A DNA stretch of 64,000 bases from Candidatus Cloacimonadota bacterium (GTDB lineage: Bacteria > Cloacimonadota > Cloacimonadia > Cloacimonadales > TCS61). Below, in pieces: positions 38,111-46,782 of this stretch. The notes below the pieces were generated by a model that was not told the origin of the DNA, searched no databases, and saw only the letters and a program-made list of their open reading frames with translations. The stretch is taken from assembly GCA_030600585.1 (NCBI GenBank), contig JAUVLU010000004.1, forward strand, positions 19,016 to 83,015, read 5' to 3'. How positions within the stretch are numbered: the stretch's first letter is position 1; every line of letters starts with the position of its first letter. A program made the translations under genes and the position numbers.

Positions 38111-39343
38111 ATGATTTTGAAATTAGCAGTTGATCTTCATTCCCATTCCGGGTATGCTGGAGGAGTGGGACAAATAGAACTTACAGCAGTTTCCAGAACT
38201 ATGAAGCTGAAAGGCATCGATGTTTTTGGAACAGGAGATTGCATTTTCCCACCGAGAACAGAAGAGCTGAAACAAGAATTAACAGAAGTTAACGAAGGAT
38301 TATTTGCTCTTCCAAAAGATAAAAGCAAATTTCTTCTACAAACCGAAGTTATCTTTTCTACTAAATTAGCGCACAAAAGAAATAAAACAATTGCTCATCA
38401 TATCATTCTTTTCCCAAATTTTGATTCGATATATAAAATGCAGATATTAATGAATAAATGGAAAATGAAGAACACTATCGGCAGACCGTTTATAACCAGC
38501 GATACTCAAAAAGAAATGGAAGATCAACTTTTTGAGATTCATAATATCCATCCGCTCATTGAAATTATTCCGGCTCACGTAATGACTCCTGACGGTATCT
38601 TTGGAAGTAAGAACGATCTTGATGAATTGAGCGAATTCTATGGTAAGTTTCTCTCCAAAATAAAAGCTATTGAAACCGGTTTAAGCGCAGATCCGCAAAT
38701 GTTAGAAAAGATCCCCGATCTTGCAGAATTAACATTTATTTCTAATAGTGATTGTCACAGTGCAGCCCTGAACAGGATCGGTAGAGAATTTACTATTCTT
38801 GATGTGGATCAAGTTGATTATAAGAGTATAATTAATTCTATTCGACAGAATAATGTAATGATGACAGCAGAATTTAATCCGGCAGAAGGAAGATATTATC
38901 TTACCGGACATAGAGCAGATAGAAAAGGGCATTCACATGAAATGATCTTTGCGGATGAATTACCGGCAAATATGATCTGCCCGGTTTGTAATAAAAAGAT
39001 GAATCTGGGAGTACGGGAGAGGAGCATTCAATTGCAGGATGATTCTATTATTCCAATTACTCGTAACTACCTGCACCTCATACCGCTTATCGAAGTTGTG
39101 GCTGCATCACAAAATCTCAAGAGCATTACTTCAAAAAGAGTAAGAGAAATTTTCGATATTATTATGAGCATTTTCCCCTCGGAAATCTCTTTATGGCAAT
39201 CAGATAGCATTCAAGTTATGCTTGACAAAAGAATCGACCAAAAAACTATCAACCAGATTTTAGCTGTTAAGAAAGGTGATTTCATATTCCAACCACCTGG
39301 TTTTGACGGGGTTTATGGAAAATTGATAATAGGAGATAAATAG
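38111..39343 (+). CDS. endonuclease Q-like PHP-domain protein
   Basis: 410 aa. VDLHSHSGYAGG N-terminus, GTGDCIFP, HHIILFP, IIPAHVMTP, ETGLSADPQM, FISNSDCHS...IGREFT and a CPVCNKK zinc-finger-like element. This matches my recollection of archaeal/Bacillus EndoQ (TIGR00375 family). Confidence 0.6.
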   Translation: MILKLAVDLHSHSGYAGGVGQIELTAVSRTMKLKGIDVFGTGDCIFPPRTEELKQELTEVNEGLFALPKDKSKFLLQTEVIFSTKLAHKRNKTIAHHIILFPNFDSIYKMQILMNKWKMKNTIGRPFITSDTQKEMEDQLFEIHNIHPLIEIIPAHVMTPDGIFGSKNDLDELSEFYGKFLSKIKAIETGLSADPQMLEKIPDLAELTFISNSDCHSAALNRIGREFTILDVDQVDYKSIINSIRQNNVMMTAEFNPAEGRYYLTGHRADRKGHSHEMIFADELPANMICPVCNKKMNLGVRERSIQLQDDSIIPITRNYLHLIPLIEVVAASQNLKSITSKRVREIFDIIMSIFPSEISLWQSDSIQVMLDKRIDQKTINQILAVKKGDFIFQPPGFDGVYGKLIIGDK

Positions 39344-40552
39344 ATGAATCCAAAACTTCTAATTGATCGAAGAAAAGGACTGATCAAACAATTAAAAGAA
39401 AAGGAACTGGTTATTGTGTTTGCAGCTTCCGTAGCCGAATATCCCCGAAATTTCCTGCAGGACAAAAATTTTAAATATCTTACAGGATTGGATTTGCCGG
39501 ATGCGGCACTTGTAATAAGTAAGCAGAAAAAACCTGTGATTGAGATCTTTATCGAGCGCGGAATTCCTGAAATGGAAGTATGGGTAGGTAAGAAGATGAC
39601 AAAGAAGGAAGCTGCCGAAGTTTCCGGAATTGTAAAAGTTTCCTACCTCGATGAATTTGAGCGAAAGATTGGTTTCTATTTAAATAGTTGCAAGAAAGTT
39701 TATCTGAATATTGGATATAATAATATTGATAGATCACTTAATAAACAGCAGGATTTCATTACCAAAGCAAAGCAGCATTTTTCACATATAACAGCAATGG
39801 ATATGACGAAAATCATGATCCCGCTTAGAAGTGTGAAAACAAAATGGGAACTGGAACAGATGCAAAAAGCAATTGATGTTACAGGTGAAGGGATTAAAAA
39901 CATCATGAAAAATGCGAAGATCGGGATGATGGAATATGAACTGGAAGCTATCCTGCAATATGAGGTTACTCGCAATGGACTTCAGCACATGGGTTTCAAA
40001 CCAATCATTGCTGCCGGCGGTAATGCAGCAACTCTCCATTATGAACAAAATGATTCCAAAATTGGAAAGGATGAAATGGTACTTTTGGATGTTGGTGCTG
40101 CCTGTAATGGTTACAGTGCTGATATTTCCAGAACTTTCCCGGTTTCAGGAAAATTTACCAAACGGCAAAAAGAAATTTATTCCGAAGTTTTAAAAATAAA
40201 TAAAATAATTATAAAAATGGTTAAGCCCGGTATCGGGATGAAAGAGCTGAACGAAAAAACTGTTGAATTGATCCAGAAAGCTCTCATAAAACTGAAACTG
40301 ATCAAAGATAAAAAAGATTATCGTAAGTATTATATGCATAGTATCGGTCATCATCTTGGAATGGATACTCACGATCTTGGCAAAAGGGATTCTGTCCTTG
40401 AAGTTGGGAATGTGATCACGATAGAGCCGGGTATTTATATCCCGGAAGAGAAGATCGGTGTGCGTATCGAGGATGATATTCTAATTACAAAAACCGGATA
40501 CAGAAATCTTTCCGAAAATATTCCAAAAGAGATAAAAGATTTGGAAAGATGA
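39344..40552 (+). CDS. pepP: Xaa-Pro aminopeptidase (M24B)
   Basis: 402 aa. M24 metal ligands in LLDVGAACNGYSADISRTF, HSIGHHLGMDTHD, ITIEPGIY and VRIEDD. Confidence 0.8.
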   Translation: MNPKLLIDRRKGLIKQLKEKELVIVFAASVAEYPRNFLQDKNFKYLTGLDLPDAALVISKQKKPVIEIFIERGIPEMEVWVGKKMTKKEAAEVSGIVKVSYLDEFERKIGFYLNSCKKVYLNIGYNNIDRSLNKQQDFITKAKQHFSHITAMDMTKIMIPLRSVKTKWELEQMQKAIDVTGEGIKNIMKNAKIGMMEYELEAILQYEVTRNGLQHMGFKPIIAAGGNAATLHYEQNDSKIGKDEMVLLDVGAACNGYSADISRTFPVSGKFTKRQKEIYSEVLKINKIIIKMVKPGIGMKELNEKTVELIQKALIKLKLIKDKKDYRKYYMHSIGHHLGMDTHDLGKRDSVLEVGNVITIEPGIYIPEEKIGVRIEDDILITKTGYRNLSENIPKEIKDLER

Positions 40553-40655
40553 CCCTGAAAAAGTCTCTTTCACATATTCTCGCACTTGACTCTTTTAGGG
40601 TTGTAACTGAAGAAGAATTGAAAGAAACATTTTCAAAGTAAATGAGAGGTTAAAT

Positions 40656-41141
40656 ATGAAGGTAGCAATATATGCGGGAACATTCGATCCCATCACAAAT
40701 GGGCATATTGATATTCTAACAAAAGCTTCTAAAGTTTTTGATAAAGTTATTCTATCTGTTGCCAAAAGTACAGGAAAAGAGACAATATTTTCATTGGAAG
40801 AACGTTGCGGTCTTTGTGAAAAATCCGTAGCGCATAATAAAAAAATTGAAGTTATGAAATTCTCCGGTTTGGTTGTAGATTTTGCAAAAAAAGTTAATGC
40901 CCTTATAATGATCCGCGGATTACGGGCAGTATCGGATTTTGAATATGAACTTTCTCTGGCACTTATGAATAAAAACTTATGTGATGATCTGGAAACAGTT
41001 TTTTTTGTTCCGGAAAATAAATATCTATACCTGAGCTCAACAATGATCCGGGAGGTTGTAGCTCTTGGCGGTGATGTAAGCGGGTTTATACCTGAATGCG
41101 TAGAAAAAGCGCTTAAGAAAAAATTGAAAATTGAAGATTGA
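40656..41141 (+). CDS. coaD: phosphopantetheine adenylyltransferase
   Basis: 161 aa. MKVAIYAGTFDPITNGHIDIL (T/HxGH motif), IRGLRAVSDFEYE and SSTMIRE motifs. Confidence 0.9.
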   Translation: MKVAIYAGTFDPITNGHIDILTKASKVFDKVILSVAKSTGKETIFSLEERCGLCEKSVAHNKKIEVMKFSGLVVDFAKKVNALIMIRGLRAVSDFEYELSLALMNKNLCDDLETVFFVPENKYLYLSSTMIREVVALGGDVSGFIPECVEKALKKKLKIED

Positions 41142-41171
41142 AGATTGAAGATTGAAGATTGAAAAGTGAAA
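41123..41171. repeat. heptanucleotide tandem repeat (attgaaR x7) spanning the coaD stop codon
   Basis: Units start at 41123, 41130, 41137, 41144, 41151, 41158 and 41165. The coaD TGA (41139-41141) lies inside the third unit. Confidence 0.9.
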
Positions 41172-41200
41172 TAAATAATTAAAATATAGGAGATAATAAA

Positions 41201-41512
41201 ATGAATCAACCCAAAAAACAAAAACTAAATATCAGACTCGATGAGCAGGTAGGAGAAGGAATATATTCAAATTTTTGCATGATAACAAATTCCCCTTCCG
41301 AGTTCATTATGGATTTTGGAAGAATAGTTCCGGGTTTGCCAAGTGCCAAAATATACAGCAGAATAATGACAACACCACAGCATGCAAAACAATTTCTTAA
41401 AACACTTCAACAAAACATTGAGAACTTTGAAAAAAAACATGGTGAGATCAATCTGCCGGGACAACATGAAGTGAAAGATATTGGTTTTAAGAGCCAACCA
41501 CAAAACTCTTGA
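41201..41512 (+). CDS. DUF3467 domain protein
   Basis: 103 aa. GIYSNFCMITNSPSEFIMDFGRIVPG matches my recollection of the DUF3467 core. Confidence 0.65.
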   Translation: MNQPKKQKLNIRLDEQVGEGIYSNFCMITNSPSEFIMDFGRIVPGLPSAKIYSRIMTTPQHAKQFLKTLQQNIENFEKKHGEINLPGQHEVKDIGFKSQPQNS

Positions 41513-41591
41513 CGGATGTATCAGAAAATAAGTTTTTGATTTTTCTGAAAAATATTTAGATAGATAATAGATTAATTAAGGAGTCATAATA

Positions 41592-43193
41592 ATGAGGAAC
41601 AGAAAAATTCGTGGTTTGATCATCCTTGTAGTTCTGCTGGTAACAGCATACTATTTCTTGCCGATGGTCGTTCCAAACCTACCTTCATTCTGGACGACTA
41701 AACGATTGAAACTCGGTTTAGACCTTCAGGGTGGTTCTCAAATCCAATTGAAAGTTGATGATTCTAAACTTCCTGAAAACGAAAAAGAGGACGCAATCAA
41801 AACTGCTTACGAGATAATTCGTAATAGAATTGACCAGTTCGGTGTTGCAGAACCATTAATTCAGAGAGTTGCAAATACAAACAGGATCATCATACAATTG
41901 CCGGGGTTAAAAGATCCGAGTAGAGCTAAAGAACTTATTGGGCAAACCGCTATACTTGAATTCAAATTTGTAGCTTCTTCCGAACAAATGCAGGAAACAT
42001 ACGAGACAATGGATAAATTCCTTCAAGAAAATATAGAGAAATATGATTTCCTGGAAGAATTTACTGATGTTGAAGAAACTGAAGAAATTATTGATGTATT
42101 AGGAACAGAAGAAGATATAGAAGATGCTTCTTATGATAATGCAATGATCTTTACAGATCTTACAACTTCCAAAGATGGAATGCCGTTGAAAATTGAATAT
42201 AAACATATTGCTAAACTTAAAAGTTTACTAAAGGATCCGCAATTCTTAAAAAATATTCCGGCTGGACTTCAAATTGCCTTAGGTAAAGATGATAAGAACG
42301 ATCCGTATTCTGCTAGAGATATTTATATTCTGCACAAACGTGCTGAGATCACCGGAAAATATCTTGATAATGCAATAACAAAAATTGGGCAAGGTTATAC
42401 AGCAAAAGATAAAGGTCCGTATATCATGCTTGAATTCAAGAAAACAGGCGCAAAGAAATTTAAAAACATCACAGGACAAAATATCGGAGAAAGACTTGCA
42501 ATTATGCTTGATAATATAGTATTCATAGCTCCAACAATTGAAACTCGTATTCCTGACGGGCATGCTCGTATTACAGGTAATTTCACAATTGAAGAATGCC
42601 ACGACCTTGTTATTGTGCTTAATGCCGGTAGTCTTCCCGCTCCTGTAAGTATAATCGAAGAAAGAACAGTAGGACCAACTCTCGGTTCCGATAGCATCAA
42701 AGCAGGTATTCTTGCAGCAATCATCGGTATGACTATTGTGATATTATTCATGTTTATCTACTACGGTCTTTCAGGGTTATTTGCAGATCTTGCGCTTATA
42801 GTTAACGTTACATTTATTATTGCTATAATGACAATGCTGGAAGGAACACTCACAATGCCCGGTATTGCCGGTATGATCCTTACGATCGGTATGGCGGTGG
42901 ATGCGAATGTTATAATTTTTGAGCGGATCAGGGAAAACCTGGCAGCCGGAAAAACAATTCGCTCTGCTGTGGATAGCGGTTTCAACCGTGCATTGGTTAC
43001 CATTTTGGATGCTAACATTACAACACTTATTACAGCACTTGTTCTATATCAGTTTGGAACAGGACCGATCAAAGGTTTTGCTGTAACACTTTCAATTGGT
43101 ATTGTTGGTTCCATGTTTGCATCTATCATATTAGTTAAAGCAATATTTGATGGTCTCATTACAAATACTGCTAAAGATAAATTGAGTATTTAG
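41592..43193 (+). CDS. secD: protein translocase subunit SecD
   Basis: 533 aa. LKLGLDLQGG, a large periplasmic loop, then a 6-TM C-terminus with GIAGMILTIGMAVDANVIIFERIRE. Confidence 0.9.
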   Translation: MRNRKIRGLIILVVLLVTAYYFLPMVVPNLPSFWTTKRLKLGLDLQGGSQIQLKVDDSKLPENEKEDAIKTAYEIIRNRIDQFGVAEPLIQRVANTNRIIIQLPGLKDPSRAKELIGQTAILEFKFVASSEQMQETYETMDKFLQENIEKYDFLEEFTDVEETEEIIDVLGTEEDIEDASYDNAMIFTDLTTSKDGMPLKIEYKHIAKLKSLLKDPQFLKNIPAGLQIALGKDDKNDPYSARDIYILHKRAEITGKYLDNAITKIGQGYTAKDKGPYIMLEFKKTGAKKFKNITGQNIGERLAIMLDNIVFIAPTIETRIPDGHARITGNFTIEECHDLVIVLNAGSLPAPVSIIEERTVGPTLGSDSIKAGILAAIIGMTIVILFMFIYYGLSGLFADLALIVNVTFIIAIMTMLEGTLTMPGIAGMILTIGMAVDANVIIFERIRENLAAGKTIRSAVDSGFNRALVTILDANITTLITALVLYQFGTGPIKGFAVTLSIGIVGSMFASIILVKAIFDGLITNTAKDKLSI

Positions 43194-43201
43194 GGGGAAC
43201 G

Positions 43202-44158
43202 ATGAGATTTTTTGGAAAAACAAAAATAGACTTCATTGGAAAAAGAAAAATTGCTTTTGCAATTTCTATAGTTATCATTCTTACAGGAATCGTTTCGCTT
43301 GTAATTAATAAGGGTCCAAAATACAGTATCGATTTTACCGGTGGTGTTTCTATGGAACTTGATCTTACACCTGTAAAAGAAGGTGCTCAAATAATTAAAG
43401 TTCAAGAAATTCGTGATGCACTTACAAATGCCGGTATCCAAGATGCTGAAATCCAGGAAATAAAGGGGACTGAAGGAAAAAAATTTATTCTTATCAAAAC
43501 CCAAAATTTGGGTGATATGCAAGTAAAAACAAGTACAAAAGTAATTAATATTATCAAGAAAAAATTTTCTAATAATATAGATGATGAAACACTGATCCGC
43601 CTTGTGGAAGAAGTGGGACCAAAGATAGGTGAAGAGCTTAAGGGTAAAGCTATTCTCGCTATATTCTGGGCATTGCTTGGAATTATTATCTACATCTGGT
43701 GGAGATTTGAATTTACATTCGGTCTGACTGCTGTAGCTGCCCTTTTCCATGATATTCTTATTACAATTGGTATCTTCTCTCTCTTAGAAATAGAGATCAG
43801 CCTTTCTATTATTGCAGCTCTGCTTACTATCGTTGGTTATTCTCTGAATGATACGATCGTTGTCTTTGACAGGATTCGTGAGGATCTTAAAGTATATAGA
43901 AAAGAATCGTATGGTAATGTAATTAATCACAGTATCAATGAAACACTTAGCAGAACTATTATTACATCACTCACAACTTTTGTGGTTGTTCTCAGTCTTT
44001 ACATCTTTGGCGGATCTGTTATCCATGATTTTGCATTTGCAATATTGGTTGGTGTAATTGTTGGTACATATTCTTCTATCTTTGTGGCAAGTCCGCTTCT
44101 GGTTGAACACTTCAATAAAAGAGAAAAGAAATTGGGAACCCGCGGTAAGAAGAGATAA
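43202..44158 (+). CDS. secF: protein translocase subunit SecF
   Basis: 318 aa. DFTGG motif and LTIVGYSLNDTIVVFDRIRE. Confidence 0.9.
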   Translation: MRFFGKTKIDFIGKRKIAFAISIVIILTGIVSLVINKGPKYSIDFTGGVSMELDLTPVKEGAQIIKVQEIRDALTNAGIQDAEIQEIKGTEGKKFILIKTQNLGDMQVKTSTKVINIIKKKFSNNIDDETLIRLVEEVGPKIGEELKGKAILAIFWALLGIIIYIWWRFEFTFGLTAVAALFHDILITIGIFSLLEIEISLSIIAALLTIVGYSLNDTIVVFDRIREDLKVYRKESYGNVINHSINETLSRTIITSLTTFVVVLSLYIFGGSVIHDFAFAILVGVIVGTYSSIFVASPLLVEHFNKREKKLGTRGKKR

Positions 44159-44193
44159 TCAAAAAACTTGATTTAAATTTGTAAATATAACAA

Positions 44194-44226
44194 AGCCCTT
44201 CAGTGTAAACTGAGGGGCTTTTTTTG
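44194..44226 (+). terminator. Rho-independent terminator after secF
   Basis: agcccttcag-tgtaaa-ctgaggggct stem-loop followed by TTTTTTT. Confidence 0.7.
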
Positions 44227-44900
44227 TACCACGTTCACTCAGCCAAGAAAACTGGCTGAAAATCTTGAACGTGATTTGTTTTTTATCCTTCCGAAGGTTA
44301 TGTAACTTTCATTTATTCTCAACCTTCGGAAGGTTAAATTCACCTCAGTCTTCTCCGCCCCGTTCTCCGCAGTAGCCCGACACTCCATGGCGGGAAAGTG
44401 AACCTGACTCATAATAACATTAGATGCCGCAGGAAGAAAAATTGTCATCCTGAGCGGAGACGAAGGATAATTCACCGCAAAGATTTATGCGCAGTGGCGT
44501 ACGCTAAGTACGCAAAGAAAGACAACTATTGAAAAATCTGTCTTTCTGAACCCCATCCCCAACCCTTCCCCTTAAACTAATGGGAAGGGAGTAAAAAAAA
44601 CTGTCTTTCTGAGGTATCTTTTTGCCTTACCCACGAAGAATCTCTTGGAAGAATCCTCAGCTTTACTCCTCGTAAACAATCGTCTGAGATCACACTCAGC
44701 AACTAAGCCCTTGTACTATTTAACCTTTTTCTAATTGACAACAAACCACCAGCCAAATCTTATCTTGCCAAATTAAGGAGAATTAAAGGGGGTTTAGTAT
44801 CATTGCATCCTTCACCGCTTCGACTCGACGTTTCTCTTTCGAGTCGAAACTCAGAATTATTTTCTAATTGACACTTAACTATTACTTTATCAAATTCGGT
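44227..44900. repeat. about 670-bp pile-up of dispersed palindromic repeats
   Basis: Inverted copy of the 23468-23512 element (44230-44274). Perfect 13-bp inverted repeat ccttccgaaggtt/aaccttcggaagg (44287-44299 / 44321-44333). tgtcatcctgagcggagacgaaggat at 44443. Two ctgtctttctga words (44538, 44601), the second starting a copy of the 15603 MITE. Hairpins cccttccc/gggaaggg and ttcgactcga/tcgagtcgaa. 14-bp direct repeat ttttctaattgaca at 44727 and 44860. Confidence 0.75.
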
Positions 44901-44918
44901 TTTGATTTTAATAATTAA

Positions 44919-45113
44919 CTTGAAACATTAGAATTTTGGAGAGGAAACTTGAGATATATTCAAAAAATTCTTGGACATAAGAATTTAAAAACCCCGATAC
45001 ATTTTTTCAAAACTATGGGGCAGGCAACAGAAATATATACCCATATAACAGAAAAAGGACTTACTAAGATTAAAAGTCCACTTGATAACTTGAATATTGA
45101 GGATGAATTATAA
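44919..45113 (+). pseudogene. intI: 3-prime remnant (about 64 codons) of an integron-integrase-like tyrosine recombinase
   Basis: The frame opens after TAA (44916) with no start codon: LETLEFWRGNLRYIQKILGHKNLKTPIHFFKTMGQATEIYTHITEKGLTKIKSPLDNLNIEDEL*. It contains the LLGH...IYTH box with the catalytic Tyr and the IntI-type tail G..G(V/I).SPLD.L. The N-terminal roughly 250 codons are absent and replaced by repeats. Confidence 0.6.
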
Positions 45114-45189
45114 AGGTGCGTAATAACTCTGATATTGAAGTTATGACGAACCTTTTTGGTGTAACTATAGGTTAGTTATGTGCACCTTT
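45112..45189 (+). repeat. imperfect palindrome directly after the recombinase stub (attI-like candidate)
   Basis: aaaggtgc (45112-45119) pairs with gcaccttt (45182-45189). Inner ataac...gttat words are present. It is followed at 45212-45218 by GTTAGCA, a GTTRRRY-like core. Confidence 0.4.
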
Positions 45190-45256
45190 TATAAGGGCGC
45201 AGCGTACATATGTTAGCAGAAATTAGTTTATTAAACAATAAGGGAAAATAAGTAGA

Positions 45257-46042
45257 GTGGATATGAATAAAGAAATGAAATTTGATTATTTAAAAAGCAA
45301 AATAAAGTTAAACAGCAAAATAATTTTGGAAAAATATAAAGTAGATATTCAAGAGATTATCGAAATATTTAATCTGCAATATGAGTATTTTGAAGAACAC
45401 TTGAGAGTAGCTTATCTTGAATGTTATTTTAATGATGATGAATTTACAAATTTATTAGCTACTGCCTTGAGAAAAAATATGTTTTCTTTTTTTTCTGCAA
45501 TTTTACAAACACAAGAGGGATTAGTTGGTTCTGCAAGGATAGTATTTAGAAATATTTTTGAATTCCTAATTATTGGTAAATATGCGGCAATATCAAAGAA
45601 TATGGAGTTTATTAATAAATGGGAAAAAGGTGAAGAGGTTTCATTAAAATACGAAGTCTTTTCAAAAATTAGAAAGCCAGATTCAGAAGAAATAAAAAAA
45701 CTTTGGAAGACTCTTTGTTCTTTTACACACAGCACTATTTATGCACAACAAGTTGATTTTGATGCAACAAAATATTTCAATGACATTAAATTTAACTTGG
45801 TTTTACTTAAAGTATTTTTAGAAATGAATTTTCACCTTATGAATTCATATTACATAAACAAATCACTTCAATATTATACACAAGTTTCTGATATTTATCC
45901 AGTAAATGAATTTAATGAAATACCTGTAAAAGAAAAAAAGAAATTATTAAAGTTATTGTTCACTAAAACAAAATTAAAGATGGAAAGAGACCCACGTAAA
46001 GTTATTTATGATTATAAGCTCAAATGGGAGATAAAAAAATAG
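45257..46042 (+). CDS. hypothetical all-helical protein (cassette 1, gene A)
   Basis: 261 aa, GTG start (ATG 45263 is an alternative). No firm family. The GSARIVFRNIFEFLIIGKY...LCSFTHS segment vaguely recalls DUF5677/AbiV-type helical domains (speculative). Confidence 0.65.
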   Translation: MDMNKEMKFDYLKSKIKLNSKIILEKYKVDIQEIIEIFNLQYEYFEEHLRVAYLECYFNDDEFTNLLATALRKNMFSFFSAILQTQEGLVGSARIVFRNIFEFLIIGKYAAISKNMEFINKWEKGEEVSLKYEVFSKIRKPDSEEIKKLWKTLCSFTHSTIYAQQVDFDATKYFNDIKFNLVLLKVFLEMNFHLMNSYYINKSLQYYTQVSDIYPVNEFNEIPVKEKKKLLKLLFTKTKLKMERDPRKVIYDYKLKWEIKK

Positions 46043-46149
46043 AATAAACCTAAAATCTATTTCATTTTTTTTATAACGTTTAGCAAGGAGTTGAACTATG
46101 AACAAGCTATTAAGAATCGTGAATTTTCTGAATTTCGTAGGAGATTAAA

Positions 46150-46755
46150 ATGAAATCAAAAAAAACAGTTAATCAAGATGATTTTGAAATAATAATAAAT
46201 AAAGCAATTAATCTATTAAAAAATGGAGAAAAGCGATTAAGCACATCAATATTCACATCAAAAATGAAATATTTAAAAGATTTTACTCCTAATATATCAG
46301 ATACTTTGTCATCTGACTATGGTATAAGTTCCACTAACAAAACTATTGAAACAGACTTCTTTGAAGAAGTAAACTTAATCGAAAAGCTTTTACAAGAATT
46401 AGGATTCCCAGTAAAACTTGCTGATTGGCAAAAAAGTTCAGATGATGAAAGGATGGAGAACATTTATAAAAAGATGAATCGACGTTCTTACGCAATGCAA
46501 ATTTGGAGTTTTTATGCAATTCCTTGGAGATTTAGTAATGATTGTGTTCACCTAATATGGGATCCTGAAGATGTTATGGGAACACCAATAATTAAAACAT
46601 TTGAATTAGAATATTTCATATCTACAGTATCAAATAACTTTGAAACTCAATATAATCAATATAAGAAAAATCAAAAGCAATTGAAATTTTGGATTAAATA
46701 TGGAGTTATCTTAACTGTCGTTGTACTCTTTTTTTTCTACTCTTGGTTCTTATGA
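46150..46755 (+). CDS. hypothetical protein with C-terminal transmembrane anchor (cassette 1, gene B)
   Basis: 201 aa with AGGAG 6 nt upstream. The last 20 residues are hydrophobic (YGVILTVVVLFFFYSWFL). No family recognised. Confidence 0.65.
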   Translation: MKSKKTVNQDDFEIIINKAINLLKNGEKRLSTSIFTSKMKYLKDFTPNISDTLSSDYGISSTNKTIETDFFEEVNLIEKLLQELGFPVKLADWQKSSDDERMENIYKKMNRRSYAMQIWSFYAIPWRFSNDCVHLIWDPEDVMGTPIIKTFELEYFISTVSNNFETQYNQYKKNQKQLKFWIKYGVILTVVVLFFFYSWFL

Positions 46756-46782
46756 GTTAATAATGATGAATGTTGAAGAAAA

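Noticed and set aside
40595-41221. 208-aa minus-strand ORF, and similar long antisense ORFs at 43190-43750, 52884-53489, 58199-58897, 62271-62786, 27198-27662 and 4855-5217
   Set aside because: Each lies entirely antisense to a gene with strong family motifs (coaD, secF, lpxC/fabZ, the XDH large subunit, EF-G, the SerA-like gene, psuG). Their low-complexity composition is typical of shadow ORFs.
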